DNA of 14,095 nucleotides from an uncultured archaeon. GTDB lineage: Archaea > Asgardarchaeota > Lokiarchaeia > Sigyniarchaeales > SOKP01. The DNA is taken from the NCBI GenBank assembly GCA_964508365.1, contig CAZDTP010000078.1, forward strand, positions 1 through 14,095, in the 5' to 3' direction. Below the pieces are notes generated by a model that saw only the letters and a program-made list of their open reading frames with translations, was not told the origin of the DNA and did not search any database. Shown here one piece after another: positions 7,390 to 14,095 of the stretch; the stretch's first letter is position 1, and each line of letters starts with the position of its first letter. Made by a program: the position numbers and the translations under genes.

Positions 7390-8802
7390 ATGAGTGAAGA
7401 GAAATTAACATTTAAGAAGAAATTCCTTTTTGGGCTTAGTGCATTTCCGGATCAGCTTACTTACCAAATTTTTCAATTCTTGATTTTTACCTTCTATTTT
7501 ACAGTCGTCAAAATACCTTTGACTTTAATGATAATTACATACGTTATTTGGGGTATATGGAACGCAGTTAACGATCCAGTGCTCGGAGCACTCTCAGAAA
7601 GGACGAAACATAGAGGAAAGTGGGGTAAAAGAAAGTTTTATCTACTCATTTCGATAATTCCGTTATGCGTTATGGTAATTTTAATGTTCTATGTGCCATT
7701 CACTACAAGTGATAAAATGCTTGAGTTTATTTACTTTTTAACTACGATTGTTCTCTTTGAGTTATTCTATACGATGTTTGATGTAAATGTGAACGCAATT
7801 TTCCCAGAAATGTTCCCAAATGAGAAAAAGAGAGCTTCTGCTAATTTATTTATAAAAGGTTTAACCGTAGTTGCCTTAATTTTAAGCTCACTTATTCCGA
7901 TGATATTTATTTCTGATTATGTTCCAGCAGACGCCGCAATTCCCATCGCTAAAAGCGAATATTTTATGATGGCGATCGTCGTAGCAGTTTTTACGTTTAT
8001 AATCTCAATACCGTTTCTTTTGAAGGGGATTGTAGAAAAAGTAGAAATAACGGAAGATTTCGAAAAAAGACCATCGTTTATTCAATCGATGAAAATTACA
8101 TTGACAAATAAAACATTTGTAAAGTTTGTTGTAGCGAACACCGCAGTCTGGTATTGTTTTAGCATTTTACCAATGATTATCCCCATTTACGCTGAATTCG
8201 TTATAGGAGGCTCTCTTTTTGAAGGGGGCGGTTCGCTTATCGTTGGGATAGCGCTAATGTTGGCTTTTATCATTGCTGCACTTGTCATGCCAATTCACAA
8301 AAAACTTGGCTTTAAATACGGAATGCGAAAAGCTTTCATGATAACATTAGTAACTTGGATTTGTACGTTGTTTCCATTCTTATTTATAACTGGAGAAGCG
8401 TTTCAAGTCGCATTTGTTCTTCTTATAGCACTTCAAGGATTTCCATTGTCGGGAGCATTATTTTATGTAGACATTTTACACGCTGATGTTATAGACGAAG
8501 ACGCAGTTAAATTCGGAGTTAAGCGATCTGCAAGCTATTATGGAATTAACGCATTTATTCATCGAATCTCAATAATCTTAGTCATTTTAACTATTGGATT
8601 TATGTTCGGAAATATTGGTTGGGACAAACAATTTGATCCCTTACCTTCAGATGAATTTTTAGTTATATTAGGTCTAAAAGCTATAATGGTTATCTTTCCT
8701 ACAATCGCACTTGTAATTGGACTTCTAGCTATGAGATCTTATGGTTTACATGGAGAAAGACTTGAACGCATTAGAGAAGAAGTTAAAAAAATCCGAGCTT
8801 AA
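7390..8802 (+). CDS. MFS transporter, glycoside-pentoside-hexuronide (MelB-like/MFS_2) family
   Basis: About 12 hydrophobic segments. Motifs WNAVNDPVLG..SERT..R.GKRK, YTMFD, E..RA and DVIDED..K.G.KR..SYYG. Confidence 0.92.
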   Translation: MSEEKLTFKKKFLFGLSAFPDQLTYQIFQFLIFTFYFTVVKIPLTLMIITYVIWGIWNAVNDPVLGALSERTKHRGKWGKRKFYLLISIIPLCVMVILMFYVPFTTSDKMLEFIYFLTTIVLFELFYTMFDVNVNAIFPEMFPNEKKRASANLFIKGLTVVALILSSLIPMIFISDYVPADAAIPIAKSEYFMMAIVVAVFTFIISIPFLLKGIVEKVEITEDFEKRPSFIQSMKITLTNKTFVKFVVANTAVWYCFSILPMIIPIYAEFVIGGSLFEGGGSLIVGIALMLAFIIAALVMPIHKKLGFKYGMRKAFMITLVTWICTLFPFLFITGEAFQVAFVLLIALQGFPLSGALFYVDILHADVIDEDAVKFGVKRSASYYGINAFIHRISIILVILTIGFMFGNIGWDKQFDPLPSDEFLVILGLKAIMVIFPTIALVIGLLAMRSYGLHGERLERIREEVKKIRA

Positions 8803-8813
8803 ATAAAGTAAAA

Positions 8814-8829
8814 TTTTTTTCTTTTTTTT
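8814..8829 (+). terminator. Oligo-T terminator after MFS gene
   Basis: tttttttctttttttt immediately after the stop codon. Confidence 0.5.
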
Positions 8830-8879
8830 AATTGATTTTAAAGATTAAGGTATAGTAAGATTTGAATTCCTCTATTTCT

Positions 8880-9344
8880 TTATTTTAAATACCCTGTTTG
8901 ATGCCCACAATTAGTACAAAATTTCTCATGACCTCTCATCAATTCTCCACAGTTAGAACAAAATTGGGCAATAGAGTTTGGTCTTACTTCAGTATAGCGG
9001 GGAATTGGTTTCGGTTCTAACAAAGGATCTATTAAGGTAGAGTAGTATTTAGCAATTTTTCTGCATCGAATCAAGGAATAAAGACTCAAAAAAAATGTCA
9101 CACTAAATATAAACATATAAGGAAGCATGCCAAAAATCATCTGAATCATAAAATAGTCATCTGGATAATAATAATAAGGATCATAATAAGGAACATAATA
9201 TATGATACTCATTAGTAAAGAGGACAAGATCGTCATTAACAAAAATACTGAAATGAAGAGTCCTACAATTGATAAAATAAATATTTGTACAGATTGTTTC
9301 TGCGTTAAATTAAATCCAAACCAAGTTATATTTTTTCTATTCAT
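8880..9344 (-). CDS. Two-TM membrane protein with Tyr-rich loop and C-terminal zinc ribbon
   Basis: Two hydrophobic stretches around YYVPYYDPYYYYPDDYF, and C-terminal CSNC-x10-CTNC. The GGGAGTG RBS at 9356-9350 favours the ATG at 9344 over the TTG at 9347. Confidence 0.82.
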   Translation of the reverse strand: MNRKNITWFGFNLTQKQSVQIFILSIVGLFISVFLLMTILSSLLMSIIYYVPYYDPYYYYPDDYFMIQMIFGMLPYMFIFSVTFFLSLYSLIRCRKIAKYYSTLIDPLLEPKPIPRYTEVRPNSIAQFCSNCGELMRGHEKFCTNCGHQTGYLK

Positions 9345-9420
9345 CAAATCACTCCCAATAGTGCTATATATTATGATCTAACATCAATTAATAAATGTTA
9401 GTATAAGATTACAGTAATGT

Positions 9421-9448
9421 CAAAAAAATAAGTTATATTGAATAACTT
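9421..9448 (-). terminator. Hairpin plus T-run downstream of kce tail A
   Basis: AAGTTAT (9430-9436) / ATAACTT (9442-9448) form a 7-bp stem, followed on the minus strand by TTTTTTT. Confidence 0.45.
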
Positions 9449-9457
9449 TAACAATTT

Positions 9458-9524
9458 TTATATTATTCCTAAAATTTGTTTGGCTTCATCGGCAGTAGTA
9501 ACTTCTCTTATACCATTCAAGCAT
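9458..9524 (-). pseudogene. 3' remnant of a Kce/BKACE (DUF849) gene, copy A
   Basis: The minus strand reads GIREVTTADEAKQILGII-stop, matching the family's C-terminal GREIATPDEARxILG motif. 39 of 48 nt are identical to the tail at 12132-12254. Confidence 0.7.
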
Positions 9525-9711
9525 AAGAGTTATCACTGAATAACATATTAACTCCTGAAATAAATCTTCAATAATCTAACTTAGAAAATGTAATGATAAA
9601 AAAGCTTATAAATATTAGAGCAACTATGAATATGAAAGCTCTTGAAAATGATATAAAAAATAAAAAAAGCCTAATAACACACTATTAACAAGAGCAAATA
9701 TTCCAATCAAC

Positions 9712-9761
9712 ACGAAATATTTTATTTTTGAACTTTTAATATATAATAAAAACGAAATATT
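9712..9761. repeat. 10-bp direct repeat ACGAAATATT, 40-bp period, flanking a TATA-like tract upstream of the kinase
   Basis: Copies at 9712-9721 and 9752-9761, both followed by (T)ATTTTT. Confidence 0.5.
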
Positions 9762-9828
9762 ATTTTTTCAATAATGAAAAAAGGTAAAATACTATTGAAT
9801 AAGGAAAAAAAAGGGTTTGAATTTTAGG

Positions 9829-11706
9829 ATGGAAAGCAATAAAATTAAAACAAATGAAAAAAAATTAAAAGAATCTGAGGAGAAATATCGTCTTATTTCA
9901 GAAAACGCAAATGATTTAATCGCCATTCTAAATAGCAAATTTGAACACGAATACATAAATGAACATACATATCGAAAGATATTAGGTTATTCTAACGAAG
10001 AAATGTTAGGAAAAACGCTACACGACATTATGCATCCAGCAGATACCAAAACAGCCTTAAAAGTGTTACAAGATGTTTTTAAAAAGGGCGAAGAAACGGG
10101 CGAATTAAGACTTCGACACAAAAATGGAAAATATATTTGGGTAGAAACTAAAGGAAGAACCTTTAAAGACTCTAATGGTTTAGTAAAAGCGATTACAATC
10201 TCAAGAGATATAACTGAGCGAAAATTGTCAGAACAACGCTTAAAAGAATCTGAAGAGAAATATCGAAACATTCTCGAAAATATGATGGAGATATATTATG
10301 AAACTGACCTTAGGGGAAAACATGTGTATGCCAATGCTGAATATTATAAAACAATAGAATATTCAAAGGAAGAAGTAATAGGAAAGGATTATCACTCGCT
10401 TTTTGATGCAAAGTCATGTGAAGTTTTGTTTAATCTATTTAACCAAGTTTATAAAACAGGGGTTCCCTGGCCTCCAACAAATGAAGCTAAATTGATGACA
10501 CTTAAGAAGAAACTTATTTATTTTGAAGGACTAATTGATTTAATATACGATTCTGAAGGAAATAAGGTTGGGTTTTATGGTCTTGTTCGGGATATTACGG
10601 ATAGGAAAATTGCCGAACAAAAATTAAAAGAATCTGAAGAAAAATATAAATATCTTTTTGATAATGCGCAAGTAGGATTATACTGGTCACGCATTAGCGA
10701 TGGGAAATTTATAGAATGCAATGAAACATTTGCTAAATTATTTGGGTATAACAATCGGGAAGAATGTTTAACGGATTATATTGCCACGGAACATTATGTT
10801 GATCCTCATCAACGGTTTGAAATATTAGAAGAAATCCATATTAATAATGAAATAAAGGATTTTGAAATACAAGTTAGCAAAAGAGATGGCACTCCATTTT
10901 GGGCGAGTATCTCAGCTCGAACAAATCTAAAAGAAAATCGTATTGAAGGTGCTGCTATTGATATTACTGTACGCAAGAAAGCAGAACAATTACTTCAAAA
11001 ATCTATAGAAGATTTAGCTAGAGTTAATACCGAACTCGAGCAATTCACTTATATCGCATCTCACGATTTAAAAGAACCTCTCCGAATGATTTCAAGTTTT
11101 GCTCAACTATTAGAAAAACATTATAAAGATAAATTAGATGAAGATGCTAATGATTTTATCAGGTTTATTACTGAAGGTGTTTCAAGAATGCAAAATTTAA
11201 TAAATAGTTTATTAACTTATTCAAAAATTGGAAAAGTTTACAAGAAATTTGGAAAGGTTGACTTAAATGATGTTTTAAAGGATGTAATTGATAATCTAGC
11301 AGAATTAATTAATGAAACTAATGCTGAAGTTATTTACGACTCTTTAACTAGTTTATTTGTTGATAAAAATCAATTAATCCAAGTATTTCAAAATTTAATT
11401 TCAAATGGTATAAAATTTCATGGAAAAGTGTCACCTCAAATACGGGTTTCAGCAAAACGGGATAATAATTATTGGGTGTTTTCTATTTGCGATAATGGGA
11501 TAGGGATTAACCCAAAAGATTTTGAGCGAATTTTTATCATTTTTCAGCGTTTAGATAACAAAAATGAATATGATGGAACTGGAATAGGATTAGCTATATG
11601 TAAAAAAATTGTTGAACAATACGGGGGTAAAATATGGGTGGAATCGGAAGTAGGAAAAGGTTCTACTTTTTACTTCTCAATTCTAAAAGCAGAGTTTAGA
11701 AATTAA
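9829..11706 (+). CDS. Cytoplasmic PAS-domain sensor histidine kinase (3 PAS, HisKA, HATPase_c)
   Basis: Three LKESEEKY linkers and three DIT.RK PAS ends. H-box ASHDLKEPLRMI, N-box QNLISNGIKF, DNGIGI, GTGIGLAICKKIV and GKGSTF. No TM segment. Alternative TTG start at 9817. Confidence 0.95.
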   Translation: MESNKIKTNEKKLKESEEKYRLISENANDLIAILNSKFEHEYINEHTYRKILGYSNEEMLGKTLHDIMHPADTKTALKVLQDVFKKGEETGELRLRHKNGKYIWVETKGRTFKDSNGLVKAITISRDITERKLSEQRLKESEEKYRNILENMMEIYYETDLRGKHVYANAEYYKTIEYSKEEVIGKDYHSLFDAKSCEVLFNLFNQVYKTGVPWPPTNEAKLMTLKKKLIYFEGLIDLIYDSEGNKVGFYGLVRDITDRKIAEQKLKESEEKYKYLFDNAQVGLYWSRISDGKFIECNETFAKLFGYNNREECLTDYIATEHYVDPHQRFEILEEIHINNEIKDFEIQVSKRDGTPFWASISARTNLKENRIEGAAIDITVRKKAEQLLQKSIEDLARVNTELEQFTYIASHDLKEPLRMISSFAQLLEKHYKDKLDEDANDFIRFITEGVSRMQNLINSLLTYSKIGKVYKKFGKVDLNDVLKDVIDNLAELINETNAEVIYDSLTSLFVDKNQLIQVFQNLISNGIKFHGKVSPQIRVSAKRDNNYWVFSICDNGIGINPKDFERIFIIFQRLDNKNEYDGTGIGLAICKKIVEQYGGKIWVESEVGKGSTFYFSILKAEFRN

Positions 11707-11928
11707 TGTCATTCAGGCATGAGCAAAGAGAATATGATTGACAAAAATATATTTGAGGTATCTCCGGGTATTGAGAAAACAGGGATATATGGTGAATATT
11801 TGAAAGTCTTAAAAACGGGCGAGCTGTTCCAAATTGATGACTTGATACCACAGCCTAAATTTTTTAATATTCACATATTGGTGAGTGCTTTCAAAGTAGG
11901 TGGAGGTTTTGGAATAATTTTCTCAGAT
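11707..11928 (+). pseudogene. Orphan internal fragment of a PAS domain (the track ORF 11719-12006 is this fragment plus unrelated tail)
   Basis: SGMSKENMIDKNIFEVSPGIEKTGIYGEYLKVLKTGE...AFKVGGGFGIIFSD resembles the C-terminal two-thirds of archaeal PAS domains. The N-terminal strands are absent and the usual DIT.RK end is broken after D. Confidence 0.6.
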
Positions 11929-11968
11929 AAAATAGTTCCTAAAAATTCAACTCTTATTATATTATTAA

Positions 11969-12106
11969 AATCATACTGTGAAATACGTAATTGGAAATCT
12001 TGGTAGCGGTAGAAGTTCTATGTTATCCCTCTCTAATTCCTATCCAGATATGACTTATCAAAATATCAAATGGATGATTGAAGCTACTAAGAAATACGGA
12101 GTTTAA
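11969..12106 (+). pseudogene. C-terminal remnant of a uroporphyrinogen decarboxylase (URO-D/MtaA-like) family gene
   Basis: Frame +2 reads NHTVKYVIGNLGSGRSSMLSLSNSYPDMTYQNIKWMIEATKKYGV-stop, resembling the family end VK..I...G.GG.YIL.SSNS......ENI..M.EA.KKYG. There is an in-frame stop upstream at 11966. Confidence 0.55.
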
Positions 12107-12131
12107 CAGTTGAAGTTATAAATAAAAAAAG

Positions 12132-12254
12132 TTATCTTTTTATTCTTAATATTTCTTTAGCTTCATCAACAGTAGCGACTTCTCTACCAATTTCTTTTGC
12201 AATTCTAACCATTCGTTTGACCAATTGTGCATTATTATGAGCTAATTCAAGCAT
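12132..12254 (-). pseudogene. 3' remnant of a Kce/BKACE (DUF849) gene, copy B, an open 40-aa mini-ORF
   Basis: MLELAHNNAQLVKRMVRIAKEIGREVATVDEAKEILRIKR-stop matches the C-terminal ELA..NAQLV.R...IA.E.GRE.AT..EA..IL motif of Kce. An in-frame TGA lies 3 codons upstream of the ATG. Confidence 0.8.
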
Positions 12255-12275
12255 TTTTTCTCAATCCTTGAATTT

Positions 12276-13118
12276 TCAAGTTATTTTAAAATTTAAAATC
12301 AACCAATCAATAATTTCAGTCAAAGAACCATCTGGAAAAACGGCATGTTTCGCACCGGGTAAAATGATGAATTTTTTATCTTTACTTGGAATTTCATCAA
12401 AAAAAGCGCGAGCGGATTCAACACTAAAAAGTTCATCATTTTCACCAACGCCATGCAAGATAGGAATGTTTAAATTTGGGGGAAAAGCAATATCGTTTGC
12501 ATTTAAAATTTTCATGAAGCGAAATGTATATTTAAAATTAAACAACGGATCGTCTAAGCCTAGCATTCCATCTCTTTGGTAAGATATCACTGTCTTGCTT
12601 GGTTTTATAATTGAGCTTAACAAAATTTTCACCTTCTGGGTAAATTTCATTTTAGGGTATACTCCAGGTCTTAATGTCCTTGCTGCACTCAACAGAATCA
12701 AGCCATTTATACTTTCAAGATAGTTTACTGAAGCGATAAGTGCCGTTACAACTCCTAAACTATGACCAAGAATGATCAATTTTTCATGATCATTTTTTAT
12801 GAAACTTATTGTTTCACCAAGATCTAAGATAAGCCTTTCTTTACAAGGGTAATCTCCTCTATTACCATCAGATAATCCATGTCCACGTAAATCCAACCCG
12901 TAAACTACATAACCAGCGTTTGATAATTGAGAGCCAATAAAGTCATAAGGTCGACTATACGCAGTAATTCCGTGTAAAATCAGAATGGCTGTATCTGATT
13001 TTTTTTTTGGCATCCAAGCACTTAAAAACAAGATTTTTCCATCAGAAGTATTAACTAGTTCGTACGGTTCCTTGAAATCTTCTCTTAATTTTTTTACATC
13101 AATTCCCATAAATACCAC
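12276..13118 (-). CDS. Alpha/beta hydrolase, lysophospholipase/monoacylglycerol lipase-like (Hydrolase_4)
   Basis: Motifs LHG, DLRGHGLSDG, GHSLG (nucleophile elbow), GENDE (Asp) and GAKH (His). Alternative ATG at 13109. Confidence 0.92.
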   Translation of the reverse strand: MVFMGIDVKKLREDFKEPYELVNTSDGKILFLSAWMPKKKSDTAILILHGITAYSRPYDFIGSQLSNAGYVVYGLDLRGHGLSDGNRGDYPCKERLILDLGETISFIKNDHEKLIILGHSLGVVTALIASVNYLESINGLILLSAARTLRPGVYPKMKFTQKVKILLSSIIKPSKTVISYQRDGMLGLDDPLFNFKYTFRFMKILNANDIAFPPNLNIPILHGVGENDELFSVESARAFFDEIPSKDKKFIILPGAKHAVFPDGSLTEIIDWLILNFKIT

Positions 13119-13270
13119 TTATTTTTTTAATAGATTTATAAATTCTTTAATTAGAATCCTTATTAATTTTATGCGAATCATTACAATAATTTATAGATTC
13201 TAAGAAGAAGCTATATATTCTTAATAATTTAATATTAGTTAATGAAATCTATTTTTATGTGATTTAAACT

Positions 13271-14041
13271 ATGATAAATAAGAAATTTCTACAATGGGCA
13301 AATTTAATTACATTTGTTGCGACTGTGATTATTAATTATGCAGCAGCTGGATTAGAGCTTGGTGGATACAACACTGGTGAATTATCTGATTTAATACCTA
13401 ATTTGTTCGTACCAATAGGTCTTACTTTTTCAATATGGGCCGTTATTTACTTTTTCTTAGCAGGATTCTCAATTTATCAAGCAAGAGATCTTTTTAAATC
13501 TAACAAGATTGAAGAGAGTTTTCTAAATAAAGTCGGTTATTATTTTATATTAAGTAATATTGCGAATTCTGTTTGGATTTTTATGTGGCACTTCAGATTA
13601 ATACCCCTTTCTTTTATAGTTATGATTGCTATTTTATTTACCCTAATAATGATATACATAAGGTTAGGCATAGGCAAGACTGAAGTAGAGAAGGGTGAGA
13701 AAGTGTGGATACATACTCCATTTAGTATATATTTAGGCTGGATAACTGTTGCTACAATCGCTAATGCTACTGCTCTATTAGTAGTTTCTGGAGTTCCGAA
13801 TTTTGGATCGATTCCTGAGATATTAACCATTATAGTTATTGCTGTTGCGGTTTTAATAACATTCGCTATGTTGGTTCTACGAAAAGACTGGGTTTATAGT
13901 GTAGTAATAATCTGGGCTACATTAGGTATTTTCCTAAAGCAAAATACCCTTAATCCTACGATTGCTATAACCGCTTTAATAGCTATAATTGTGGTTGCTC
14001 TAGGCATAATCTATACTGGTTTGAAATTAATCAAAAAATAA
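13271..14041 (+). CDS. TspO/MBR-related tryptophan-rich multi-pass membrane protein
   Basis: Motifs TGELSD..PNLFVP.GLTFSIWAVIY, N..W...W and PFSIYLGWITVATIAN, with about 8 TM segments. Confidence 0.82.
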   Translation: MINKKFLQWANLITFVATVIINYAAAGLELGGYNTGELSDLIPNLFVPIGLTFSIWAVIYFFLAGFSIYQARDLFKSNKIEESFLNKVGYYFILSNIANSVWIFMWHFRLIPLSFIVMIAILFTLIMIYIRLGIGKTEVEKGEKVWIHTPFSIYLGWITVATIANATALLVVSGVPNFGSIPEILTIIVIAVAVLITFAMLVLRKDWVYSVVIIWATLGIFLKQNTLNPTIAITALIAIIVVALGIIYTGLKLIKK

Positions 14042-14064
14042 TTTTTTTTCTTTTTTCTATTTTT
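14042..14064 (+). terminator. Oligo-T terminator
   Basis: Long T-runs directly after the stop codon. Confidence 0.5.
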
Positions 14065-14095
14065 AGATAATAGTTGGAAAAACCTTAAAATCATT

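Noticed and set aside
9593-9688. 31-aa plus-strand ORF MIKKLINIRATMNMKALENDIKNKKSLITHY
   Set aside because: No RBS or recognisable motif, and such ORFs are expected by chance in AT-rich DNA.
9862-10650. Recurrent ttaaaagaatctga(a/g)ga(g/a)aaatat nucleotide repeats in the kinase
   Set aside because: These are ordinary LKESEEKY linkers between PAS domains.
11704-11706. Stop-codon read-through joining the kinase to the downstream PAS piece
   Set aside because: The kinase ends at a normal HATPase C-terminus with TAA, and the PAS piece is incomplete at both ends, so read-through would not give a coherent domain.
13119-13270. Several short inverted repeats in the hydrolase/TspO intergenic region
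   Set aside because: They are 6-10 bp and almost all A/T, indistinguishable from background.
1854-13830. Short overlapping track ORFs (1854-2135, 3848-4033, 5573-5755, 5914-6132, 6585-6788, 9987-10271, 12268-12582, 12985-13203, 13540-13830)
   Set aside because: All lie antisense or out of frame to well-supported genes and show no recognisable motifs.

Overview
Very AT-rich archaeal DNA. The gene repertoire (Ig-repeat/TM/longin-type protein, multi-PAS kinase, GPH-family MFS, zinc-ribbon membrane protein, archaeal GGTGA/GGAG RBS, oligo-T terminators) suggests an Asgard archaeon, probably Lokiarchaeia; this is inference, not a database result. I support 11 genuine CDS: a 5'-partial surface protein with 285-bp tandem repeats and a cytoplasmic longin-like plus winged-helix tail, an HDAC-family deacetylase, a divergent threonine-catabolism pair (SDR-type threonine dehydrogenase and kbl), a stand-alone PK_C protein, a tandem DUF4332 protein, a GPH/MFS transporter, a Tyr-rich zinc-ribbon membrane protein, a 3-PAS histidine kinase, an alpha/beta hydrolase and a TspO-like protein. 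The main features missing from the ORF track lie around the kinase. Two same-orientation 3' tails of a Kce/BKACE (3-keto-5-aminohexanoate cleavage enzyme) gene, at 9458-9524 and 12132-12254, bracket the kinase and share a 10-nt 5' junction. Behind the kinase sit a PAS fragment and a URO-D-family C-terminal fragment. No rRNA, tRNA, CRISPR array, transposase or integrase was seen. Family calls come from motif recognition by eye.
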